A DNA stretch of 57,020 bases from a candidate division WOR-3 bacterium (GTDB lineage Bacteria; Hydrothermota; Tepidihabitantia; SM23-42; JAOAFX01), in contig JAOAFX010000004.1 of NCBI GenBank assembly GCA_026416055.1, positions 1-57,020 on the forward strand, read 5' to 3'. The notes under the pieces were generated by a model. That model was given only the letters and a program-made list of their open reading frames with translations, did not search any database and had not been told where the DNA came from. The translations under genes were made by a program, and so were the position numbers. Positions 47,367-56,370 of this stretch are shown piece after piece; position 1 is the stretch's first letter, and the number at the start of each line of letters is the position of its first letter.

Positions 47367-47540
47367 CACAGGGCTGAAAGCCGTGCCCCTACATTAAGAA
47401 ATCATAAAAATGTAGCGCAAACCTTTCAGGTATGCATTAATAAAAAGCAAGGTTAAAGCCTTGCCCTGCATTCGACCTGATGATTGTAAGACTACGCCTT
47501 GCCTTACGAGAATTATTAAAGAACCACAGGCTTCAGCCTG
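47367..47540. repeat. BIME-like cluster of five REP-like elements in alternating orientation
   Basis: Five copies. Inverted, 47367-47395 (reverse complement AATGTAGGGGCACGGCTTTCAGCCCTGTG). Direct, 47409-47435 (AATGTAGCGCAAACCTTTCAGGTATGC). Inverted, 47447-47472 (reverse complement AATGCAGGGCAAGGCTTTAACCTTGC). Inverted, 47486-47510 (reverse complement CTCGTAAGGCAAGGCGTAGTCTTAC). A hairpin only, CAGGC-TTCA-GCCTG (47527-47540). Confidence 0.55.
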
Positions 47541-47575
47541 AGAAATTAAAATAATTTTTTATTTAAATCGCTCTG

Positions 47576-47603
47576 TTGACATTTTCAAATTTTTATGGAT
47601 AAT
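47576..47603 (+). promoter_or_regulatory. Candidate promoter TTGACA-N16-GATAAT for asnA
   Basis: TTGACA at 47576-47581 and GATAAT at 47598-47603. A leader of about 55 nt ends with a strong SD. Confidence 0.5.
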
Positions 47604-47665
47604 ATGTAAATCTTGATTGCAAATCTAAAATTTAAAAAATTAATTGAATGAAAGGAGGAGTCAAA

Positions 47666-48841
47666 ATGCCCAAGAAAAAAGCCAAGGTCAAAATTATAAA
47701 AAAGAAATCAACTAAAACAGGGAAAGAGGCAGATCTTGCAGGGCCTGGTGTAAGTACATATGAGGAAGTGGAAAAGATATTGCCCAATGATTATAAACCC
47801 CTGCTTCCACCACTGGAGAGAATGAGGGCGTTATTTGCGGTAAAAGAATATATTGAGAAAAATCTATGCAAAGAACTGAATCTCACAATGGTCCAGGTTC
47901 CTTTAATAGTTACAAAAGAGAGCGGTGTAAATGATTATCTCGACCGTGATGGCTCTAGAACACCGATTGAATTCAAGTGCGGCCTCGGGTTAAAAAAACC
48001 GATTGAAGCACAGATTGTTCAGGCAGCAACAAAGTGGAAAAGGATGGCACTGGCACAGTTTGGCTGTAAACCTGGTGAAGGAATATGTACAGACATGAGA
48101 GCAGTTAGAAAAGACTATTTCATGGACCATGACCATTCTTGTTATGTTGACCAGTGGGATTGGGAAAAAGTCATTACCCCTGAGCAGAGGAATTTAGATT
48201 ATCTGAAAGAGACGGTGAGAAAAATCTGGAAAGTTATTTATGGTGCTGCGAAATTCGCCCAGGAAAACTGGCCTCAACTCCGTACCTCTAAATACATGGA
48301 CTTCCCTGAAGAAATAAAATTTCTCCATGCTGAGGATATACTTGATATGTATCCTGACTTGCCCCGGAAACAGCGTGAAACCCTGGTTTTACAAAAGTAT
48401 CCGGCAATTTTTATTATCGGTATAGGCTGGACATTAAAAGATGGCTATCCCCATGAGATGAGGGCTGCTGACTACGATGACTGGGTAACTGAAACCGTCT
48501 CAGAAGATGGAAGACCGATGCATGGATTGAATGGTGATATTTTAGTCTGGAATCCGGTGACTAGAAGAAGGCATGAATTGTCTTCCATGGGCATCAGGGT
48601 CACGAAAGAAACCTTAAAAAAACAGCTTGAGATCACCGGACAACTCCACTTCTTAAAGTTCCCCTATCATCAGGCAATTCTCAATGATAAGATACCTCTG
48701 AGCATCGGTGGCGGTATCGGTCAATCGAGGACCTATATGTATATCCTGAGAACTGCCCATCTCGGTGAAGTGAGTGTATCTGTCTGGCCCAAGGAATTAA
48801 AAGAGATTTGTGAAAAGAGGAATATTTACGTTCTGGAATAA
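47666..48841 (+). CDS. asnA: Aspartate--ammonia ligase (AsnA) with a Lys-rich N-terminal extension
   Basis: The ORF track starts at 47648. I prefer ATG 47666, which has AGGAGG (47653-47658) 7 nt upstream. AsnA motifs are present (YVDQWDWEKVI, GGGIGQSRTYMYIL). The canonical N-terminus begins near ILPNDYKPLL and is preceded by MPKKKAKVKIIKKKSTKTGK... Confidence 0.85.
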   Translation: MPKKKAKVKIIKKKSTKTGKEADLAGPGVSTYEEVEKILPNDYKPLLPPLERMRALFAVKEYIEKNLCKELNLTMVQVPLIVTKESGVNDYLDRDGSRTPIEFKCGLGLKKPIEAQIVQAATKWKRMALAQFGCKPGEGICTDMRAVRKDYFMDHDHSCYVDQWDWEKVITPEQRNLDYLKETVRKIWKVIYGAAKFAQENWPQLRTSKYMDFPEEIKFLHAEDILDMYPDLPRKQRETLVLQKYPAIFIIGIGWTLKDGYPHEMRAADYDDWVTETVSEDGRPMHGLNGDILVWNPVTRRRHELSSMGIRVTKETLKKQLEITGQLHFLKFPYHQAILNDKIPLSIGGGIGQSRTYMYILRTAHLGEVSVSVWPKELKEICEKRNIYVLE

Positions 48842-48860
48842 TCCTCGATAAATTTAAAAA

Positions 48861-48889
48861 GCCCCTCATAAAAAAAGAGGGGCTTTTTA
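48861..48889. terminator. Bidirectional rho-independent terminator between asnA and the tricorn protease gene
   Basis: GCCCCTC (48861-48867), 9-nt A-rich loop, GAGGGGC (48877-48883), then TTTTTA. An A-tract upstream supplies the U-tract for the opposite strand. Confidence 0.75.
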
Positions 48890-48890
48890 T

Positions 48891-51800
48891 TTACCAGGGC
48901 AGTTTTAGCAAGGGTTTTTTTCCGAATTTTGGAATTTGTGGCTTTGTTTTTCTAATCAATCTTAGGCACTCCCGCACTGCAGCAAGAAGTTGAGTATCCT
49001 TGCCTTTCACATAATCCTGAGGAGTGATATCTACTTCTATATCTGGCTCAGTTCCGTAATTTTCAACACCCCAACCAACATCAAGAAACCAGAAAGAATA
49101 TTCTGGCTGGGTTGTTAAACCGCCGTCGGAAAGACGATAATATGGAGAAATACCAATGACACCGCCCCAGGTTCTTTTACCTATCAAGGGACCGATTCTG
49201 TATAATTTAAATCCGTGGCTGAAGATATCTCCATCTGAACCTGCATATTCATTCGTTATCGCCACAATCGGTCCGAGAACTGATTCCACCGGATAGGGTT
49301 CTGGTGTGCTCCATCTTGTAATATCATATCCAATCCTTTTTCTCCTGAGCCTTTCAAGGAGTAGTTGTGATACATGCCCACCGCGATTAAATCGTACATC
49401 CACAATCAGTCCGCTATATTTTATTTCACTTAAAAAATAACGATGGAATTCAGCATAACCCCAGGGTCCCATATCAGGGATATGGACATAGCCAATTTTA
49501 TTATTACTCAAACGATGGACAAGTTCGCGATTCTGCTCAACCCATTCTCGATAACGCGCCGATGTCTCATCAGATAATGTTTTTACTGAGAGTCTCCGGA
49601 CATTCTTACCTCCAGGACTGGCGATGGTGATTGTAATTTCAGAACCGGCACGATTGACAAGGAGTTCTCCGGGTAGAATATCTTTATTCACTCGGACTCC
49701 ATTTATTTCCAGTAAAAGGTCTCCTTCTTTGATATTCAAACCAGGGGCGAGTAAAGGCGAAGTAGCATCTGGGACCCAGGGATCTCCCCTCAGAATCTTC
49801 GCAATTTTGTAAACCCCTCTTCTCCTATCATAGACGATATCTGCACCCAGAAATCCCTGGGTATATTTCGGTTCTTCTCTATAATCACCACCAAATTCAT
49901 AAGCATGGGAGGTCCCCAGCTCACCCTGCATCTCCCAGATCAAATCTGAAAATTCACTACGGGTACCGATTCTATTAAGCAAAGGCAGATATTTTTCATA
50001 AACTTTTTTCCAGTCAACCCCTGACATATCTTTAGTCCAGAAATGATCTCTCTGCAAACGCCAGGCATCACGATACATCTGCTGCCACTCCAAGGTCGGT
50101 TCCACGAGAAGTTTAATTCTTGAGAGATCGATATAACCGCTCTTTATTCCAGGTGGCTGTTTTTCAAGTTTTTGTTCTACCTTTTCAATGGGCTTTACTA
50201 CCCGCAGTCTGTCCCTGGAGCGATAGATTATTATATCATCTTTCTTGGCAACCTTGAAATCAGTTATACCACTGACAATTACTCCCTCTTTTTGCTCTTT
50301 GAAGTCATAAAAAGAGATTGTACCATCAGCGGGTATTTCATCAGAAAACCACCCTGATTTTCCACCTTTGATTGGAAAAGTAGAAAAAAGGACTTTGTCC
50401 TTTATACCACAAATTTGCTTGTATATTCCATTTGCAACCGGTAAAGGCAGAATCCTTTCTGTAATTCCATCGATGTCAATCTTAATTTTTCTGGAGAGTT
50501 TTTTCTTATCCTCTTGAGAAACCGCACCCCCGGTATCAAGCGCTATGGGAACCGGTCTTGAATATTTGAACGGGTCGGGTAAGTCTTTGCGCAGTAATAT
50601 TAAATATGGTTTGATGTGGGCTGGAAATGAAAGTTCAAACTGCATTGTATCATATACAGGGTCGAAATGTCGCGCTGACAAAAAATAAAGGTATTTGCCC
50701 TCAGGGTCAAAACTTGGAGCAAAATCGTATAAAACACTTCTTGTCGCAAAATATGTTTTCTTTTTATAGACATCAGCAAGTTTGATACATGTAGTCCGTT
50801 CCGAATCAGCAAAAGAATATGCAAGCCATATTCCATCTGGCGACCAGGTAATACCGCTTATCCTCCGGTATTTGCTCTTATCGATTATGAAACGCTTCTT
50901 TGTCTTTAAATTTACAATTATCAGTTCATTGCGATGATTGGTAAGCGCTACGAGCAATTCCTTTGGTGATGGTTCAAGTTCTATAGGTCTACCAATATCG
51001 AGCAATGGCAGTGGTATCACCCTGTTTTTTTCTGTATCATAAATTTGCAGGGAATCTTCACCTTTTTCATCTGTAACCACAATGACTTTCTTTCCATCAT
51101 ATAAATATCTGCCCAGACGATAGCGTGCACCTTTTGTTTCACCATGCTGTAAGACCGGTCCTTCCCAGTTTGCCATGGAAAAAACCTTCCCCCGGCTGGT
51201 AATGGTTAGCGCCTTACCTTCAGGATGAACCCCGTAATCTTCGAGGTATTTACTCGCATCGACATATTTCCGCTGGGTCTGAACCCTGGGGCTACGAAAG
51301 TCTATCTTTATTTTTTCTACACGGTCAGTATCAGTATGTAAAACATAGATATCTCCACCAGAGTGGTAAACAATATTCTTCCCGTCGGTCTTGGCATTAC
51401 GCACATAAAAATCACGGTGGTTGGTATGCTTTTTTAAGTCCTTACCCTTAATGTCGCAGGAATATATATTTCCAATCCCTTCATGGTCAGAGATAAAATA
51501 TATTCTATCATTTATCCACATAGGATCAGCAAGATTACCCTTTAAATTAACAAGTTTTCTGAAATTGCCATTTTCGTCTGGGTCGATCCATATTTCCCCG
51601 ACCGTTCCTCCACGATACCTTTTCCAGCGCGCCGGGTCTGCAGTATTCCTGCCAATGACTACACCCTTTTTGGGTCCAAAAGAAATCGTTCGTGCTGGTC
51701 CTACCTTTATCATCTCTGGAATATCCTTATTTTTATCAACCGTGTAAAGGTACATAAAACCAGGATACCACTGACCTGTATCACTGGCAAAGATTATTCT

Positions 51801-52091
51801 ACTACCATCTCTGGTCCATCCACGGACTACAGTATTAGCACCGAGAAATGTCAGTCTCCTTGCTGGTCCACCTTTTATTGAAATACAATACACTTCATTC
51901 TGACCTTCTTCCCTTCCGGTGAATGCAATATATTCTCCATCGGGTGAAATACTACAGTGTGCTATCCTGCCCAGATTAGAGGTTAAACGATAGGCAATAC
52001 CACCATTTATCGGCACACTCCACAGATCATCTTCACAGACGAAAACAATTCTGTCTTTATTTATGCTTGGAAAACGATAGTATCCATCCAT
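48891..52091 (-). CDS. Tricorn protease homolog (PD40 beta-propellers + PDZ + S41 peptidase core)
   Basis: 1066 aa. The N-terminus YYRFPSINKDRIVFVCEDDLWSV is characteristic of tricorn. A PDZ-like segment and the C-terminal S41 core follow (VDVRFNRGGHVSQ, GSDGDIF, GKRTWGG). Confidence 0.88.
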   Translation of the reverse strand: MDGYYRFPSINKDRIVFVCEDDLWSVPINGGIAYRLTSNLGRIAHCSISPDGEYIAFTGREEGQNEVYCISIKGGPARRLTFLGANTVVRGWTRDGSRIIFASDTGQWYPGFMYLYTVDKNKDIPEMIKVGPARTISFGPKKGVVIGRNTADPARWKRYRGGTVGEIWIDPDENGNFRKLVNLKGNLADPMWINDRIYFISDHEGIGNIYSCDIKGKDLKKHTNHRDFYVRNAKTDGKNIVYHSGGDIYVLHTDTDRVEKIKIDFRSPRVQTQRKYVDASKYLEDYGVHPEGKALTITSRGKVFSMANWEGPVLQHGETKGARYRLGRYLYDGKKVIVVTDEKGEDSLQIYDTEKNRVIPLPLLDIGRPIELEPSPKELLVALTNHRNELIIVNLKTKKRFIIDKSKYRRISGITWSPDGIWLAYSFADSERTTCIKLADVYKKKTYFATRSVLYDFAPSFDPEGKYLYFLSARHFDPVYDTMQFELSFPAHIKPYLILLRKDLPDPFKYSRPVPIALDTGGAVSQEDKKKLSRKIKIDIDGITERILPLPVANGIYKQICGIKDKVLFSTFPIKGGKSGWFSDEIPADGTISFYDFKEQKEGVIVSGITDFKVAKKDDIIIYRSRDRLRVVKPIEKVEQKLEKQPPGIKSGYIDLSRIKLLVEPTLEWQQMYRDAWRLQRDHFWTKDMSGVDWKKVYEKYLPLLNRIGTRSEFSDLIWEMQGELGTSHAYEFGGDYREEPKYTQGFLGADIVYDRRRGVYKIAKILRGDPWVPDATSPLLAPGLNIKEGDLLLEINGVRVNKDILPGELLVNRAGSEITITIASPGGKNVRRLSVKTLSDETSARYREWVEQNRELVHRLSNNKIGYVHIPDMGPWGYAEFHRYFLSEIKYSGLIVDVRFNRGGHVSQLLLERLRRKRIGYDITRWSTPEPYPVESVLGPIVAITNEYAGSDGDIFSHGFKLYRIGPLIGKRTWGGVIGISPYYRLSDGGLTTQPEYSFWFLDVGWGVENYGTEPDIEVDITPQDYVKGKDTQLLAAVRECLRLIRKTKPQIPKFGKKPLLKLPW

Positions 52092-52133
52092 TAATTCTCC
52101 TTTCTGGATATTGCAATTCTGGTGGTAGTCAAC

Positions 52134-53498
52134 TTAATAATTGTTCCCAGTCCTTCTCAAGTTGTGGGCTGGGATGTTTAGCATTTCACGGTATTTGGTA
52201 ACTGTGCGGCGCGAAATAACGATGCCCATGCGTGCCAGTTTTTTTGCAATCTGGGCATCAGAAAGGGGTGATGTTTTATCTTCATTTTGAATTGCTTCTT
52301 TTATTTTTTCAAAGATAAAGGTCTTATCACTCTTTCCCACCGGTGCTGAGAAAAAGAATTTCAATTTATGAATGCCACGGGGTGATTCAAGATACTTATT
52401 GGCAATAGCCCTGGATACGGTTGATGGATTAACACCCAGTTGCTTTGCAAAATCCACAATAGTGATAGACTTCAAAAAGCTTTCACCTTTTAAAAAATAT
52501 TCTTTTTGATATTCAAGGAGCATCCTCATAATCCGGGTGAGGGTACTGCGCCGTTTTTCAATGGCACGAATCAAGTTATAGGCTGATTTCAGCTTCTGTC
52601 TTATAAATTCTGCATCTTCACTATTTTGATTCACCTTCTCAAGATACTCTCTCTTTATTCTTATCCTCGGTAAGTTCTCATCATTCAAACGGACGTCAAG
52701 GTCATTATCACGCCAGAAAACAATAAAATCAGGATAGACGTATGGAGAATCAACAGAGGAATACTGCAAACCTGGTTTGGGGTCAAGTTTCATAATCACG
52801 GCCTTTGCCTTATTGAACCGGGTTTCATCAATATTTAACGCAGAAAGACAATCTCTTATGCTTCCACTCCGTAGATTTTTCAAATAATCTCGGACCAGAA
52901 TGCATTCTACTGAATCGGGTGGATAGCCAAGATGTCTCAATTGTGCCAGAAGTGGTTCACGCACATCACGCCAGGCACAACCGACCGGATCAAAGAATTG
53001 TATTTCCTTCCGCACCTTTTCTATTTCCTCCAGGTTATAGCCTTCCTTCGCAAGTTCTTCTGGTGAAATTGTAAGGTAACCATCATCCTCAATATTGGAT
53101 ATTATCAATTCCGCAATCTCAAGTTCCTTACCGGTAAACCTTCTCTCGGCCTGACGCATAAGATGGTCATAGAGTTTATCATTCTGGGCTGGTGTATTTT
53201 CAAAAAGGTCTAATTGTTCTTCAACTGTCCCACCCTCTGGGACAAAATCCTCGCGGGCATAAAAATCAAGTAGATCAAAATCTTCATTTTGCGCGCTGGC
53301 ATCGGACTCAACTTCAGTAGATTCCTGTAATATTTCCTCAACCTCTTCAAGCATGGGATTGGTATCCAGTTCCTGTCTCACGAGAACTTCAAGTTCAATG
53401 TTGGGCATCTCCAGCAATTTCAAATAGTATGTTAGTGAATACATGAGGCCCGGACTTACTTCAAGACTGTGGTATAAGTTTGAACCTTTTCTTTCCAT
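52134..53498 (-). CDS. rpoN: RNA polymerase sigma-54 factor
   Basis: RpoN box ISRRTVTKYRE, an HTH region, a core-binding region and an acidic region II. The ORF track start (53510) lies only 2 nt from the -10, so I prefer ATG 53498 (MERKG...). Confidence 0.9.
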   Translation of the reverse strand: MERKGSNLYHSLEVSPGLMYSLTYYLKLLEMPNIELEVLVRQELDTNPMLEEVEEILQESTEVESDASAQNEDFDLLDFYAREDFVPEGGTVEEQLDLFENTPAQNDKLYDHLMRQAERRFTGKELEIAELIISNIEDDGYLTISPEELAKEGYNLEEIEKVRKEIQFFDPVGCAWRDVREPLLAQLRHLGYPPDSVECILVRDYLKNLRSGSIRDCLSALNIDETRFNKAKAVIMKLDPKPGLQYSSVDSPYVYPDFIVFWRDNDLDVRLNDENLPRIRIKREYLEKVNQNSEDAEFIRQKLKSAYNLIRAIEKRRSTLTRIMRMLLEYQKEYFLKGESFLKSITIVDFAKQLGVNPSTVSRAIANKYLESPRGIHKLKFFFSAPVGKSDKTFIFEKIKEAIQNEDKTSPLSDAQIAKKLARMGIVISRRTVTKYREMLNIPAHNLRRTGNNY

Positions 53499-53512
53499 AA
53501 TTTTACACATAT

Positions 53513-53540
53513 ATTATAATTTCTGAAAGGAAAAAGTCAA
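53513..53540 (-). promoter_or_regulatory. Consensus promoter TTGACT-N16-TATAAT for rpoN (very short or no leader)
   Basis: Reverse complement of 53535-53540 is TTGACT and of 53513-53518 is TATAAT. The ATGs lie 2 and 14 nt downstream and there is no SD. Confidence 0.5.
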
Positions 53541-53557
53541 GAGTAAAAAAGTTAAAC

Positions 53558-53585
53558 TTGACTTCACAGATAATCTGATTATACT
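53558..53585 (+). promoter_or_regulatory. Candidate promoter TTGACT-N16-TATACT, 5 nt upstream of ATG 53591 (leaderless configuration)
   Basis: TTGACT at 53558-53563 and TATACT at 53580-53585. Divergent from the rpoN promoter. Confidence 0.55.
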
Positions 53586-53590
53586 TTTTC

Positions 53591-55993
53591 ATGGCAAAGA
53601 AAGATAAGAAGAAGGTAACCGCCACCAATTTCATAGATGTTCACTGGGAGAAATTGATATTAATACTTTTATTTCTATTACCCCTTATTTACTTTTCTCC
53701 GTTTCTTTCAATGGAGCGAATGATTGCGGGTTCTGATTATCTTCTTGATGGTTATCCATTTGAAAAATATTCAATTGAGCATGGTGGATTTGTCTTATGG
53801 TATCCAATGGTCTTCGGTGGATTTCCTGCACTGGGTGCACCAGTGGGTGGACAATTAGCACCCCTTGCCCAGTTAAAATATCTCTTTCCACCTCAGATCG
53901 TCCATTGTCTGATATTTATTATTCTCTTTTTCATTGCCGGTCTTGGAATGTATCTTTACCTGAAAGAAATTGGGCTTTCAAAATATTCAGCGGTATTTGG
54001 TGCCTTTGTCTATCAATGGATAGGTAATCTCGCAACCACTCCTGAAGCTGGGCACACAGGAAGGGCAGCAAGTGTCGCCTTATTCGGTTTGATATTATTC
54101 CTTCTGCATCGTGCCTTGAACACTAAAAAAATCAACCACTTTGTTCTACTGGGAACTAGCATCGCCTTTGCCTTTTATCAGGGACATTTTCAGATTACAT
54201 ACTACAGTCTCATTGTGCTTGTTGCCTATGTAATACATTTTCTCATCACCAAAAGAAAAGATTTGGGTAAAAAGGATTATATCAAAATCATTGGCTATGG
54301 TATGTTTTCAATCATTCTCATTTTTTTGCTCATGGCTGTTATATGGTTTCCGGTCATCGGTGGTATGAAGGCAGTAGCAAGGGGAATTGAGCGTGGATAT
54401 GAATATGCTGCAAGCTGGAATCTACCGCCGATAGAAATCTTTGACTTACTTGTGCACAATTTTTCCGGTGGAATAGAAAATTACTGGAGTAAAAATCCGA
54501 TGAAACTCCATACTGAATTTTTTGGTGTAGTGATGATAATCTTTGTTGTATTTGCATTACTTTTCTGCTGGAAAAAAAATTATCTGAAATTCTTTTTATT
54601 CACAGGATTAGTTGCCTTATTATATTCATTTGGTGGAGCAACATTCGTCCACCGCTTATTCTATGAACTCATCCCGGGATTCAAATTGATGAGGGCACCT
54701 GGTCTTGCCTTCTATCTTGTGTCATTCAGTTTAATTGTCATCGGCACCATCGGCTTTGAAGAAGTTATTATTCAGAAAAATATTGATAAAAAAAAGTTCA
54801 TATGGACTACAATTATTCTTACACTTTCTTTGATAATCATTATGTTTCTACTCGCACCCGCAATTGCTGAATCCGCAGCCGGGCAAAAGATTTTTTATTT
54901 TAAAAGAAATCTATCTTCTTATTATAATAATGCACTTTTAAGTCTTACGATAGCAGTTATTGTGGCTATTTTTAGCTATTTATCAATCACCAAAAAATTC
55001 GCATTGCCGACCACCACTTTGATATTCTCCGCTATCACCCTTATCCATCAATTACCGGTGATGGCAAAGTATCTTCCATCAGGACCGGCTCCTGAAGTGT
55101 ACTATAAAGCAGATGATGTGGTTAATTTCTTAAAGAACGATAAAACAGTCTTCAGGGTTTTTCCATTTCAGTATGGTACGCGTGGAGAACATGACCGTGA
55201 TTCCTATCTCTTATACCACAATATTCAGAGTGCAGGAGGTTATATTGCCAATCCCATCCAGCGCTATCAGGAATTGATCGGTGCAGGAATGAGTGTGATG
55301 TTCAATCCCCAGAATTTAATCCAATATCCAAAATTTGTGGATATTCTCAACCTGAAATATATCATTGCACCGAACCTACCTGAAAACATATCAGGCTATG
55401 ACCCGAATTCACAAAGGATTATCTTGATGATAAAAAGTTACCTTTCGAGATTCCGTCCTGTTTTCAGGGGTCAGCAACATACTGTATATCAGAACGATAG
55501 TGTCCTTCCCAGGGCGTGTATAATTCCAGATTATGTGGTATTACCTGCAGATAAAATCCTTGAATATATGAAATCACCACAGTATAATCCAAGAGAGCAT
55601 GTCATATTAGAGGATAGTGCGGGCTATCCCCATCCCGGCGAAAAATTGCCACTGGTTGAGGCAGTGATAAAAAAATATTCGCCAAATCAAATAATTATAG
55701 AAACGACTTCACCCCATCCTGGTTTTCTGCTGTTGATTGATAACTGGCATCCGGACTGGCAGGTCTATGTTGACGGAAAAAAAGAAAAACTACTTCGTGC
55801 CAATTATACTTTCCGTGCAGTCTATTTACCAGAAGGTTCACATAAAGTCATATTTGAATACCGCTCCACTCCATTCCTTGTAGGCATGATAATCACCGTT
55901 GTGACCATCTTTGCACTTCTGGGATTTTACATCCCACTGGGACTATGGCGTCTGGCGGTAAAACAACGCTTAAAATACAGAACTACAAATTAA
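53591..55993 (+). CDS. YfhO-family polytopic membrane protein (putative glycosyltransferase)
   Basis: 800 aa with more than 12 TM helices. The C-terminal soluble domain (LLIDNWHPDWQVYVDGKKEKLLRANYTFRAVYLPEGSHKVIFEY) is typical of YfhO-like proteins, and a final TM helix follows. Confidence 0.65.
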   Translation: MAKKDKKKVTATNFIDVHWEKLILILLFLLPLIYFSPFLSMERMIAGSDYLLDGYPFEKYSIEHGGFVLWYPMVFGGFPALGAPVGGQLAPLAQLKYLFPPQIVHCLIFIILFFIAGLGMYLYLKEIGLSKYSAVFGAFVYQWIGNLATTPEAGHTGRAASVALFGLILFLLHRALNTKKINHFVLLGTSIAFAFYQGHFQITYYSLIVLVAYVIHFLITKRKDLGKKDYIKIIGYGMFSIILIFLLMAVIWFPVIGGMKAVARGIERGYEYAASWNLPPIEIFDLLVHNFSGGIENYWSKNPMKLHTEFFGVVMIIFVVFALLFCWKKNYLKFFLFTGLVALLYSFGGATFVHRLFYELIPGFKLMRAPGLAFYLVSFSLIVIGTIGFEEVIIQKNIDKKKFIWTTIILTLSLIIIMFLLAPAIAESAAGQKIFYFKRNLSSYYNNALLSLTIAVIVAIFSYLSITKKFALPTTTLIFSAITLIHQLPVMAKYLPSGPAPEVYYKADDVVNFLKNDKTVFRVFPFQYGTRGEHDRDSYLLYHNIQSAGGYIANPIQRYQELIGAGMSVMFNPQNLIQYPKFVDILNLKYIIAPNLPENISGYDPNSQRIILMIKSYLSRFRPVFRGQQHTVYQNDSVLPRACIIPDYVVLPADKILEYMKSPQYNPREHVILEDSAGYPHPGEKLPLVEAVIKKYSPNQIIIETTSPHPGFLLLIDNWHPDWQVYVDGKKEKLLRANYTFRAVYLPEGSHKVIFEYRSTPFLVGMIITVVTIFALLGFYIPLGLWRLAVKQRLKYRTTN

Positions 55994-56032
55994 AATACCC
56001 GCATTCCTGCCCATAAACAATTACCATTTTTA

Positions 56033-56162
56033 TTGTAGTGGTCAAGCTTGCTTGTAAATTTTTTTACAGAATTATTCGACATTTAAAAAAATTTTACATA
56101 GATCGTAGTAAAAATCTTCATGTTTGTAATAAGAAAACGCAAGGCTAAAGCCTGATCCTATA
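56033..56162. repeat. Two degenerate REP-like elements downstream of the YfhO-like gene
   Basis: TTGTAGTGGTCAAGCTTGCTTG (~56032-56053) matches the TGTAGTGG variant seen at 26456. An inverted copy at 56139-56162 has the reverse complement TATAGGATCAGGCTTTAGCCTTGC. Confidence 0.4.
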
Positions 56163-56322
56163 TTTGACCTATTGCTGAATCAAAACCTCTGCAGCGGCAT
56201 CTATTTCGTCCAGCTACAGACACCAGAAAGAACTCTTACTGAAAAAATCATAATAATACAATGAGAAATCATCATTTCATCATTTCAACAATTGTAGAAA
56301 TGATAATCTTCAGTCTAGGTCC

Positions 56323-56350
56323 TTGAAATCTATGTTCTGGAAAATATAAT
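56323..56350 (+). promoter_or_regulatory. Candidate promoter TTGAAA-N16-TATAAT for the gene starting at 56371
   Basis: TTGAAA at 56323-56328 and TATAAT at 56345-56350. SD GGGAGGAG precedes ATG 56371. Confidence 0.55.
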
Positions 56351-56370
56351 AAAAATTAAGGGAGGAGTTC

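Noticed and set aside
56039-56052. Sigma-54 promoter candidates (e.g. TGGTCAAGCTTGCT; also TGGCTAATGATTTAG in the pilM leader, minus strand, ~26230-26250)
   Set aside because: The GG-to-GC spacing is two nt too short in the first, and the -12 element is absent in the second. I found no convincing TGGCAC-N5-TTGC match in any intergenic region, so the targets of the EBP and RpoN remain unknown.
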